28,389 nt of DNA from a virus. Lineage: Duplodnaviria > Caudoviricetes. This document shows positions 18,734-26,601 of this stretch, one piece after another. Every line of letters starts with the position of its first letter. The stretch's first letter is position 1. The position numbers and the translations under genes were made by a program. The stretch is taken from positions 1-28,389 of the IMG/VR virus record IMGVR_UViG_3300032266_000539, one strand, 5' to 3'. The notes beneath the pieces are model-generated. The model did not search any database. It worked only from the letters and a program-made list of their open reading frames with translations, and was not told the DNA's origin.

Positions 18734-18741
18734 TATAAATA
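18734..18741 (+). promoter_or_regulatory. T4-type late promoter TATAAATA for the gp4 operon
   Basis: Perfect gp55 consensus 28 nt upstream of the gp4 ATG. Confidence 0.8.
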
Positions 18742-18750
18742 TCTTTTTAC

Positions 18751-18758
18751 TATTTATA
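18751..18758 (-). promoter_or_regulatory. T4-type late promoter TATAAATA for the gp48-baseplate operon
   Basis: Perfect consensus on the minus strand 27 nt upstream of the gp48 ATG. Confidence 0.8.
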
Positions 18759-18769
18759 ATGGTGCAAGA

Positions 18770-19210
18770 ATGGCATACAAAGGATATTTTCGACCAAAAC
18801 ATCCACAAAAATATAAAGGCGATTCTAATAATATTATTTATAGATCTCGCTGGGAATTAAAGTTGATGGCGCATCTTGATGATCATCCACATGTAATTCA
18901 ATGGTCATCAGAAGAGTTTTGTATACCTTACCGTTCCCCAGTCGACGGAAAGATACATCGTTACTTTCCTGACTTTTATGTTAAGAAACAGACAGCTGAT
19001 GGTAAAACAGAAGTTCAAATAATTGAAGTGAAACCTGCATATCAAACAGTTCCGCCTGTTATTAAAGAAACTAAATCAAGAAAGTATATTAATGAGGTTT
19101 GTACTTATGGCATAAATACTGCTAAGTGGGCGGCGGCAAGAGCGTTTTGTGAAGAGCGTAAATGGACATTTAGTATTTTTACCGAAAAAGAATTAGGAAT
19201 TACCTTTTAA
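18770..19210 (+). CDS. gp4: Head completion nuclease gp4 (TnsA-like PD-(D/E)xK)
   Basis: YKG.F.P.HPQKYKGD..NIIYRSRWE, WSSEE..IPY.SP.DGK.HRYFPDF, IEVKP and N.AKW.AA motifs. Confidence 0.95.
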   Translation: MAYKGYFRPKHPQKYKGDSNNIIYRSRWELKLMAHLDDHPHVIQWSSEEFCIPYRSPVDGKIHRYFPDFYVKKQTADGKTEVQIIEVKPAYQTVPPVIKETKSRKYINEVCTYGINTAKWAAARAFCEERKWTFSIFTEKELGITF

Positions 19211-19821
19211 TGGCAACTTACATATTTCAGTCGATAGCTAAAAAGGGTAAAGCCGAAGGCGTAACGCCTAACAGTACGGCTACGGCTAGAGCTTGGTATA
19301 GAAATCAAGCTTCTCAATTAGCATCAAGAAATGTAAATAAAAATCGTATTATGAACGATAAAGCAAACGTAAAACGAATAATTACCGGAGAAGATATCGG
19401 TAGTATGTATTTGTTTTTCTATGACCCTAAAGGTAAAGCTACTCTACCATATTATGATATTTTCCCGATGATATTCCCAATAGGGTTTCAAGAAGGCGGA
19501 TTTTTAGGTATTAATCTTCATTACCTTCCGCATTATCTAAGAGCTCAATTGATGGATGCGTTATATACTACAGCTAGTAATGATAAATATGATGAAACAA
19601 CGAAATTAAAAATATCGTATGATATGCTTAACAGTGCTTCTAAATTCGGTGCATTTTCAGCTTGTGTTAAAAGATATCTTTGGGATCATGTACAAAGTAA
19701 TTTTTTATACGTCGAGCCAACCAATTGGGATACCGCATTGATGCTACCTCTTGAAAGATTTCAAAAAGCGCCAAACTATAAAGTATTTGGCGATTCAATT
19801 AAGAAAATTAGAGGTCAATAA
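19210..19821 (+). CDS. gp2: DNA end protector protein gp2
   Basis: G.MYLFFYDPK.K.TLPYYD.FP.IF, GFLGINLHYLP, CVKRYL..HV.S and W..A..LP.E.F motifs. Confidence 0.93.
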   Translation: MATYIFQSIAKKGKAEGVTPNSTATARAWYRNQASQLASRNVNKNRIMNDKANVKRIITGEDIGSMYLFFYDPKGKATLPYYDIFPMIFPIGFQEGGFLGINLHYLPHYLRAQLMDALYTTASNDKYDETTKLKISYDMLNSASKFGAFSACVKRYLWDHVQSNFLYVEPTNWDTALMLPLERFQKAPNYKVFGDSIKKIRGQ

Positions 19822-20535
19822 ATGGCTGGTTTTAATATTAATTCTTTTCAATCCGATATATCTAAAAACGGGTATCTACAAACAAACAAATTTATTGTTG
19901 CATTTAATTCACCAAGATGCATGCAAGGTACTTCTATTGACGATACTTCTATGACTCAAATTGAACAGCTAGTACAAGTTAGGGCTGAATCAGTTAAAAT
20001 ACCTGGCGTGGCATTATTACAAACTGACGTCAATAGATACGGTGTCGGTCCTTCTCAGAAAATGCCCTTCTCTGCTCGTTTTACAGAAAACGCTATTACT
20101 TTTGTTTCTGATCGTAACAGCACATTGTACAAATACTTTTACACTTGGTTAAACAACATATTTGATTTTAGTGGCGAGGCTGGACAAACTAATCGTGGCG
20201 CTTCTTATTTAACTGCATATAAAGACGATTACACAACAGATCTATATGTGTATGTTTATGATAATGCAGGTAATCAAATTTCAAATGTTGTAATGTACAA
20301 AGCTTATCCTGAAGCTATTAATGATATTAATCTTAGTTGGAATGATACGAATCAGTTAATGAAAATAACAGTGAGTATAAGCTATAGAGATTGGGCGATA
20401 TTTGGAATCAATAGCGGAAATAAAAATACCGGAGAATCGATTCCGATAACAAGACCAAATAGAGATTCATATTTCGGTGGATTAGATACACCAACTCCCT
20501 CAATATCTGGAACAAATACAACAACTAAACAATAA
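19822..20535 (+). CDS. Tail tube initiator gp54-like (gp19 tube fold)
   Basis: AESVKIPG, YKDDY, AYP..I.DINLSW and ITVSISYRDW motifs. Sits between gp2 and gp26. Confidence 0.75.
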   Translation: MAGFNINSFQSDISKNGYLQTNKFIVAFNSPRCMQGTSIDDTSMTQIEQLVQVRAESVKIPGVALLQTDVNRYGVGPSQKMPFSARFTENAITFVSDRNSTLYKYFYTWLNNIFDFSGEAGQTNRGASYLTAYKDDYTTDLYVYVYDNAGNQISNVVMYKAYPEAINDINLSWNDTNQLMKITVSISYRDWAIFGINSGNKNTGESIPITRPNRDSYFGGLDTPTPSISGTNTTTKQ

Positions 20536-20557
20536 TTAATTATAACTGGAGAATATT

Positions 20558-21265
20558 ATGTCATTACCAAAAATTGAATATCCTATTTTTAAAATTAAAA
20601 TTCCTTCCACAAGAAAAGAAACGAGATTTAGACCATTTCTTGTCAAGGAAGAAAAAATTCTTCTTATCGCAAAAACGAGCGAACAAGAAAACGATATGCT
20701 TCTTGCTATTAAACAAGTCGTTAACAATTGCGCTCTTGATGAAATTAATATCGATAAAATGTCTTTGTTCGATGTAGAATATTTGTTTCTGAGAATTAGA
20801 GCGCAGTCTGTCAATAATATTGTTTCGGTAACTTATAGAGACAACGAAGATAGTACAGATTATGATTTCGAAATTGATTTGAATGATGTCGAAGTTAAGT
20901 TTCCATTAAATTTAGAGAAAAAAATAAAGCTTACTGAAAAATCCGGTATCATCATGAAGTACCCAGAAGCTAGTTTGTATGATGATAAAGAATTTTTAAA
21001 TTCAGGCGAAGAAGCTTTTTACCAGCTGGTACTTCGTTGTATTGAAAAGTTTTATGATGAAGAAACTGTTTATGATGTAAAGAATTATACTTTTAAAGAA
21101 GTTGAAGAATTTATCGACAATCTAGAAATTAAAGTATTTGATCAGATTAGAGAATTTATTTTAAATCAACCAAAACTTAATTATATTATCGAATATAAAA
21201 ACAAGCTTGGTAATGCTCGTAAAATTGAATTGACATCGTTAACAGATTTTTTTACATTGCGCTGA
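20558..21265 (+). CDS. gp26: Baseplate hub assembly protein gp26-like
   Basis: MSLPKI..P, FRPFLVKEEKILL, FDVEYLFLRIRAQSV and MKYP motifs; C-terminal LTDFF. Confidence 0.92.
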   Translation: MSLPKIEYPIFKIKIPSTRKETRFRPFLVKEEKILLIAKTSEQENDMLLAIKQVVNNCALDEINIDKMSLFDVEYLFLRIRAQSVNNIVSVTYRDNEDSTDYDFEIDLNDVEVKFPLNLEKKIKLTEKSGIIMKYPEASLYDDKEFLNSGEEAFYQLVLRCIEKFYDEETVYDVKNYTFKEVEEFIDNLEIKVFDQIREFILNQPKLNYIIEYKNKLGNARKIELTSLTDFFTLR

Positions 21266-21316
21266 ATCACAACACACTAGAGAATTATTATACAACTAAT
21301 TTTTCTCTGATTCAGC
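21247..21316 (+). promoter_or_regulatory. Candidate -1 programmed ribosomal frameshift signal
   Basis: T TTT TTT heptamer (21247-21253) in X XXY YYZ phase, 7-nt spacer, then the perfect 9-bp inverted repeat GCTGAATCA (21261-21269)/TGATTCAGC (21308-21316). Confidence 0.7.
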
Positions 21317-21438
21317 ACCATAAATATTCTATAAGCGATATTGAAAACCTTTTGCCATTCGAACGCGACATCTACGTTGAAATGTTAATGAATCATCTTA
21401 AAGAATTAGAAGATCAAAAGAGAAATCAAAATGGCTAA
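21247..21438 (+). CDS. gp51: gp51-like baseplate hub assembly segment, in the -1 frame of gp26, with no canonical start codon
   Basis: Not in the ORF track. Translates as FFYIALNHNTLENYYTTNFSLIQHHKYSISDIENLLPFERDIYVEMLMNHLKELEDQKRNQNG*, matching the short gp51 family (LENYY..NF.L.QHHKYS...IEN..P.ER.IYV..L). Confidence 0.85.
   Translation, partial: FFYIALNHNTLENYYTTNFSLIQHHKYSISDIENLLPFERDIYVEMLMNHLKELEDQKRNQNG
21319..21326 (+). promoter_or_regulatory. Possible internal late promoter (CATAAATA) upstream of the tape-measure gene
   Basis: NATAAATA within the HKY codons of gp51, about 105 nt before the ATG at 21431. May be coincidental. Confidence 0.3.
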
Positions 21439-24235
21439 AAAAGGCGAAGTAGTTGGTAAAATGGGAGATTCTGTTTATTACAGAACTCCCGATGGTCAAA
21501 TAATTGACGATTCAGGCAATGTCGTTAAAGGACCAATGGCTAAGACGCTCGCCGCTGAATACGAATCTAAACAACAAGAAAAAGCTAAGGCGCAAGCAGA
21601 AGCTAGAGCAGCTGCTGATGAAGCTAAACGTAGACAGGCTGCAGAAAGAGCAGCTGAAACAGCTAGAAAAGCAGCTGAAAGACAAGCAGCTGCTGATATG
21701 AAACGCCAACAGGCACAAGCAGAACGTGAAGCAGCTAGAGAAGCTAAAGCACAAGCTGCTCCAACGCCAAGAGCTCAAGCTCCGAGAACACAAACTCAGG
21801 CTCCTAAACAACAGCAAGCACCAGCAGCAGAAACTCCCAAGCCTAGCTTATTTAAAGTAGCTATGACAAATCTTGGAAAGCAGACTTTCGAAGGTACTTT
21901 TCCAAATTTATCAAACTTAATTAAAAGACCAGAAGAACCACCAGCAGCTGCTGCTAAATCTGGTAGTGGTGATATTGGTAGTGGCGATTCAAGGCAAGCT
22001 TTGACTTCAATCGCAGATAATATTAATACAACGAATATGATGATGCAAACTTCTATTGCACGTCAGGAAATGTCGAATCAAATTCTTGGCGCAATACTAA
22101 AAGAAGTTCAGCAAATAAAAAAACCTAGTATCGCTGGTAGTTTATTGGACGCTGCCAGTGGATTATCAGGTATGGGTGGCGCTGGTGCAGCCGCTGCAGG
22201 TGCTGGCGCTGCTAGTTCAAAAGTAGTTCCTAAATCAGGTATTTTAGGTAGAGCCGGAGGGCTTTTAAGAAGAGCGCCTTTAATTGGTGCACTTCTTGGT
22301 GGTGGAATAGATGCTTATGGTGAGTATCAAGAATCAGGTAACGCTGGTAGAGCCGCTTCTACTGGTGTAGGCGCAGCTGCTGGCGGTGGTTTAGGTGCAT
22401 GGGGAGGAGCTACAACTGGTGCTGCATTAGGAGCGTTTGGTGGGCCAGTTGGTATGGCGATCGGGGGATTGCTTGGAGCTGCTGTTGGTGGTATTGGAGG
22501 AAGTTGGCTTGGTGGTAAAGCTGGTAAAGGAATTTACGATTCAGTAGCTACTCCTTCTGATGGCCCACAGGCTAGTATTTCTATTAAAGAAGCTCAAGCT
22601 ACAAAAATAGATTCTCTTTCAAATCAAATGCCAACAGATAGCGTTTTAAATATTAAGACGCTTACATTTAATGCTGAAAATATACTATTTAATTCTAAAA
22701 ATCAACAAGGTAATATTCAGGCGAATCAAACTGCGACAAATGCAGGAGCGCCAAACACTGCAACTGGTTCAGGCGCTGCTAGTTCTGCAGGAGGTGCAAA
22801 TCAAAATAATGCTAGTGGTGGCGATCAAACAGATCAAATTCTTGCTACTATAAGAAAAAGAGAATCTGGTGGTAACTATCAAGCGCAAGCAAAAGGTTCA
22901 TCTGCTTCTGGTGCTTATCAATTTATTGACGGGACATGGCAAAGTTTAACTCAAAAGTTCGGGACAGGTTCGGAATATAAATCCGCTGGTTTAGCGCCGA
23001 AAGAAGTACAAGATTCAGTAGCTCGTAAATATGTCGAAAGTATTTTAAAAGAAAATAATGGCGACGTATCAAAGGTTCCATTAGTTTGGTATACAGGTAA
23101 CGCCCAAGGTAAAATGTCTGCCAGTGCAATGGCAAAAAATGGCGGAATGACTGCACAAAATTATCAATCTAAATGGATGAATGATTTTGGTGCTTCTGGC
23201 GGTAATACTCAAGTTGCTGGTTCGCCAGCTGTTCCTTCTGGTGGTTCTGCTGGTAATACTCAAGTTGCTGGTTCGCCAGCTGTTCCTTCTGGTGCTTCTG
23301 CTGGTAATACTCAAGTTGCTGGTTCGCCAGCTGTTCCTTCTGGTGGTTCAGGAGCTATGGGTGGCGCTCAATCATTTTATGTTACTCCAGGTCAAATGGC
23401 TCCGCCAAAAGTTCAACCAAATCAGCAATTAGCTTCTCTTGGTAATCCAGTAATGCCAGGTTCTTCAAATGCTTCGGCAGTCCAATTAGCAGAAACGATG
23501 GTTGGTAAATCAAGAGGTCAATCCCTAGACTTCTTGAAGGCTGGTGGTTATAATAATCGAGGCGAAGCTTGGTGCGCCGAATTCGTTAACTCTTCATTGA
23601 AACAAACTGGCGGTAGTGGTTCTGGTTCGGCTGTTGCTAATAGTTTTCAAAATTGGGGGACAGCTGTTGATCCATCACAAGTTCAAGCTGGTGACGTTGT
23701 ACTTCAAACTAGAGGTAAAGGTGCAGGGCAAACTGGCGGACACGTTGGTATAGCAACTGGTCAATATCGAAACGGTCAAGTTGAAATGATCGCAGGTAAT
23801 AGTGGTGGGCAAGTTAAAAAATATTATGTTGCAGCTAATTCTCAATTGATGGTAAGAAGAGGTTCTGGCGGAACACAAATGGCTGGTGCTGATAAAAGTA
23901 AGGCTGATCAAACAGTTGGTGGAACTCCTGGGGCTATTACACCTGCATCCGGCGCAACTTCAGCAAGTTTATCTCCAAAAGAAACACAAGCTCTTCAAAC
24001 TGCTTCTCTTCAGCAAGGCGGAGCTTCTAAAGGTTCAGAATTAGGACAGGCTTCTACAAAAGATTTGGTTGATCAAAGATCTGCTAAATCTGGTATTACC
24101 GTAAATCAACAAACAACGAACGTACCTGGAACTAATACTACCAACGATAAAAATAACTCTTCTAACGTTGGTATCGTTGAACCTGTTGATGCAAGAACAA
24201 GATTGAAAGAACTGTTTGGTATAATGACAGCCTAA
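21431..24235 (+). CDS. Tape-measure/gp29-like tail protein with lysozyme-like transglycosylase and CHAP/NlpC-P60-like domains
   Basis: Ala/Glu/Arg coiled coil, Gly-zipper hydrophobic stretch, IRKRESGGNY...SASGAYQFIDGTW (lysozyme-like) and AWCAEFVN...GDVV...GHVGI...GNSG (CHAP-like). Follows gp26/gp51. Confidence 0.75.
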   Translation: MAKKGEVVGKMGDSVYYRTPDGQIIDDSGNVVKGPMAKTLAAEYESKQQEKAKAQAEARAAADEAKRRQAAERAAETARKAAERQAAADMKRQQAQAEREAAREAKAQAAPTPRAQAPRTQTQAPKQQQAPAAETPKPSLFKVAMTNLGKQTFEGTFPNLSNLIKRPEEPPAAAAKSGSGDIGSGDSRQALTSIADNINTTNMMMQTSIARQEMSNQILGAILKEVQQIKKPSIAGSLLDAASGLSGMGGAGAAAAGAGAASSKVVPKSGILGRAGGLLRRAPLIGALLGGGIDAYGEYQESGNAGRAASTGVGAAAGGGLGAWGGATTGAALGAFGGPVGMAIGGLLGAAVGGIGGSWLGGKAGKGIYDSVATPSDGPQASISIKEAQATKIDSLSNQMPTDSVLNIKTLTFNAENILFNSKNQQGNIQANQTATNAGAPNTATGSGAASSAGGANQNNASGGDQTDQILATIRKRESGGNYQAQAKGSSASGAYQFIDGTWQSLTQKFGTGSEYKSAGLAPKEVQDSVARKYVESILKENNGDVSKVPLVWYTGNAQGKMSASAMAKNGGMTAQNYQSKWMNDFGASGGNTQVAGSPAVPSGGSAGNTQVAGSPAVPSGASAGNTQVAGSPAVPSGGSGAMGGAQSFYVTPGQMAPPKVQPNQQLASLGNPVMPGSSNASAVQLAETMVGKSRGQSLDFLKAGGYNNRGEAWCAEFVNSSLKQTGGSGSGSAVANSFQNWGTAVDPSQVQAGDVVLQTRGKGAGQTGGHVGIATGQYRNGQVEMIAGNSGGQVKKYYVAANSQLMVRRGSGGTQMAGADKSKADQTVGGTPGAITPASGATSASLSPKETQALQTASLQQGGASKGSELGQASTKDLVDQRSAKSGITVNQQTTNVPGTNTTNDKNNSSNVGIVEPVDARTRLKELFGIMTA
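23201..23349 (+). repeat. Three near-perfect 51-bp tandem repeats (GNTQVAGSPAVPSG[GA]S[AG])
   Basis: Units start at 23201, 23252 and 23303. Confidence 0.95.
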
Positions 24236-24237
24236 TG

Positions 24238-24262
24238 AAAAGGGGAGCCGAAGCTCCCCTTA
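24238..24262 (-). terminator. Rho-independent terminator with a cUUCGg tetraloop, possibly bidirectional
   Basis: Minus strand AAGGGGAGC-TTCG-GCTCCCCTT-TT, between the converging tape-measure and gp32 genes. Confidence 0.9.
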
Positions 24263-24265
24263 ATT

Positions 24266-25186
24266 TTAACCAGCAAGCTTCTTGAAAAACTCCAAGGACT
24301 CATCGCCCTCATCCTCATCAAACTTAGGTGTAGCAGCTGCCTTAAGCTTCGGAGGTTCTTCCCAAGGAGAAACAACTTCAGCTTCGGTAACACTAGCCTT
24401 CGCGCGAGCGGCAGCAGGAGTCATTCCGAGAGTTGAATTATCCAACCCAAGAACCTTAACCAGCTTTGCCTTCAACTCATCGTATGACTTATAGTTAGAA
24501 GGAGCGATAAACTCCTGAATCGAATGAGCCTTCTTCCAAATCGACTCCATCTCAGAATCATCATCAGACAAAGGACCAGCCTTCGCGAACTCAGACTTAT
24601 CGTAGTTGCGATAGCCTTCGACATTACGAATCTTAAGCTTGAAGTTAGCGCCAGCCCAAAGGTCGAATGGGTTCATAGCGTCTTCATCAGCAAACTGAGG
24701 ATTCATAGCCTCGTTGAGCTTATCGAAAACCTTCTTGCCATACTTGAACAAGAATACCAAACCTTCATTCTCGGGGTTCTGCTGATCGGTAACGATATAA
24801 ACATTGCTAATGAATGAAAGCTTCCGCTTACGCTCAGATGCAATCTTCTTATCTGATTCGATACCGCTGTTCCACAGCTCGGTGTTCTGCTCGCAAACAG
24901 GGCACTTATGACCAATAGTTGTGGGACAGTTTTCAATCAACCAAGAGCCAGTTGTGCCCTTGAAACCATGATTGAATGAACGGATGAAAGGAACATCTTC
25001 ATCGCCAGGAGCAGGAAGGAAACGAATAACGGCATAACCGTTACCAGCCTTATCAACGTTAGGATACCAAAGACGATCGTCCTTGGAATTATCGAACTGA
25101 TTACCAGTGAGTTTAGAAAGTTCAGCAGTAAGAGACTCAAGAGACTTCTTACCAGAGTTAGCCTTAAGCTTTGCAAAATCTACCAT
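24266..25186 (-). CDS. gp32: Single-stranded DNA-binding protein gp32
   Basis: DDRLW, DKAGNGYAVIRFLP, HGFKG..G.W.IENCPTT....CPVC, LFKYGKK.FDK, NPFD.W.GANFKLKIR.V.GYRNYD.S.F motifs; acidic tail. Confidence 0.97.
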   Translation of the reverse strand: MVDFAKLKANSGKKSLESLTAELSKLTGNQFDNSKDDRLWYPNVDKAGNGYAVIRFLPAPGDEDVPFIRSFNHGFKGTTGSWLIENCPTTIGHKCPVCEQNTELWNSGIESDKKIASERKRKLSFISNVYIVTDQQNPENEGLVFLFKYGKKVFDKLNEAMNPQFADEDAMNPFDLWAGANFKLKIRNVEGYRNYDKSEFAKAGPLSDDDSEMESIWKKAHSIQEFIAPSNYKSYDELKAKLVKVLGLDNSTLGMTPAAARAKASVTEAEVVSPWEEPPKLKAAATPKFDEDEGDESLEFFKKLAG

Positions 25187-25264
25187 TTATATTCTCCGTA
25201 TTTGATGTATTGTTAATATTGATCGTATTTTGTTGGACTGTATAAGCGCCCAACATTATTTATT
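25187..25264 (-). promoter_or_regulatory. gp32 leader: late promoter AATAAATA (25257-25264), hairpin (25231-25255), A-rich unstructured tract and GGAG RBS
   Basis: TGTTGGGC...GTCCAACA stem followed by repeated AATAC/AATAT before the RBS. Confidence 0.55.
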
Positions 25265-25270
25265 ATAGCT

Positions 25271-25852
25271 CTATTGACCGAATTTGTCAAGCACTATATT
25301 TTTTGCCTTTTCTTTATCGTACTCAAGAAATGGACGATACTTGACAATTTTATTAAGCACTTCTTCGACAGTAGGATCATACTCAAACCTCTTTGACCAG
25401 TAAGAAGCACACTTAACCAAGTCAACGAGGATAACCAATGTTTCTAGGCTGATCTCCTTACGGATAAACAACTTCAACACATATGGGTGGGTTCTGTCTT
25501 CGGCTTTGAAATTCGAATCGAAATTCTCATTCAGCTTGGACAATTCTTCTTTGAAGAGATACATCAAAGACTGTTGTCGATTAGACCAATCTTTATATAT
25601 CTTTTCTGATGTTGGGGAAAATGCAATTTCCTTTATCCAAAATTTTGGATTTTCCACAAGATTTGCTAAAATATAGTTTCGTGGATCAGGATGTTTAGCG
25701 ACCTTCATAAAGTATAGCTTATCTTTTCTCGTGTCAAACGAATCAAAAGAGAGCCTACTTTTTCCGTTGTACTTGTGGTAATTGTATGATGGTTTAGTGA
25801 AGTGGTTCTTAAGAGCAACATATTCCTTGTAGCATTCGAATGCCGACATCAT
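25271..25852 (-). CDS. gp59: Helicase loader gp59
   Basis: YK.YVALKNHFT...Y.YHKYNGK.R....SF..RKDK.YF, HP.VLK.F....ISLETLVIL and KY.PFL motifs. Upstream of gp32. Confidence 0.93.
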   Translation of the reverse strand: MMSAFECYKEYVALKNHFTKPSYNYHKYNGKSRLSFDSFDTRKDKLYFMKVAKHPDPRNYILANLVENPKFWIKEIAFSPTSEKIYKDWSNRQQSLMYLFKEELSKLNENFDSNFKAEDRTHPYVLKLFIRKEISLETLVILVDLVKCASYWSKRFEYDPTVEEVLNKIVKYRPFLEYDKEKAKNIVLDKFGQ

Positions 25853-26115
25853 ACATTTACTTTGTTATAATACTCAGCAAAGAACTTACGCAGTTCCATA
25901 TCAAAATTATTATTATCACCATTATCAAGAAGGAATGCCTGGTAAAGACCCCAGATCTGCTTGTCAAGAGCCTTCATGTTTTTGATTTCAATTTTACCTT
26001 CAACAACGGTATAACCATTACCTTCAAGATGTACGATAAGATCGCTTTCATCAAACATATTGAGGTCAACATCTACTTCTGTTTCGACATATGCTGTAAC
26101 TGACTTACCCATCAC
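25849..26115 (-). CDS. Hypothetical protein (88 aa)
   Basis: 4-bp ATGA overlaps with both neighbours; no recognisable motif. Confidence 0.7.
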   Translation of the reverse strand: MMGKSVTAYVETEVDVDLNMFDESDLIVHLEGNGYTVVEGKIEIKNMKALDKQIWGLYQAFLLDNGDNNNFDMELRKFFAEYYNKVNV

Positions 26116-26564
26116 TTCTTCCTACATTGTTGGATATAACGAACATACAAACCCTTCTCGCGCCCATGCGCTTCTATCTCCCATGGAAAATCCCAGTAAT
26201 CAACCTTTTCAGGATCGATTATTTCTGTTTTCCATTTGGTCTTATTAGATCTTGAGTAATCTTTTAGTTCGCCCTTGGCGTACTGTTTAACATGAACCAT
26301 TTCATGAGCTAGAGCCAGAAGCATATTACGTTTACCTAATGTTGGGTCTATCGTAATAGTGAAATCTCTGCCTCTATAATTGTTGTCTTCCCACTCGCAA
26401 TATGCATATTCATTCTTGCCAGTTAACTCTTTATCAAAACAAATTGTAACTTCAACTTTATGATAAAGATTTTCACCAAGGAGATGTTTGCCGTAAAACT
26501 TCAATGCGTCCTTGCAAACTTTCATTTCAACTTTAGATGGTTTTCCGATCGTCTTGAGGTACAT
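26112..26564 (-). CDS. Putative zincin metallopeptidase
   Basis: ALAHEMVHVKQY (HExxH) and Y.D.PWEIEA motifs; strong GAGGAG RBS. Confidence 0.8.
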   Translation of the reverse strand: MYLKTIGKPSKVEMKVCKDALKFYGKHLLGENLYHKVEVTICFDKELTGKNEYAYCEWEDNNYRGRDFTITIDPTLGKRNMLLALAHEMVHVKQYAKGELKDYSRSNKTKWKTEIIDPEKVDYWDFPWEIEAHGREKGLYVRYIQQCRKK

Positions 26565-26593
26565 TGTAGTCTCCTCATTTGTTGATTACGATC

Positions 26594-26601
26594 TATTTAT
26601 T
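26594..26601 (-). promoter_or_regulatory. Putative late promoter (AATAAATA) overlapping the upstream stop codon
   Basis: NATAAATA 30 nt upstream of the ATG at 26564. Confidence 0.45.

Noticed and set aside
18770-19210. TnsA-like nuclease as a transposon or homing endonuclease
   Set aside because: Motifs and position next to gp2 match the core T4 gp4 gene.
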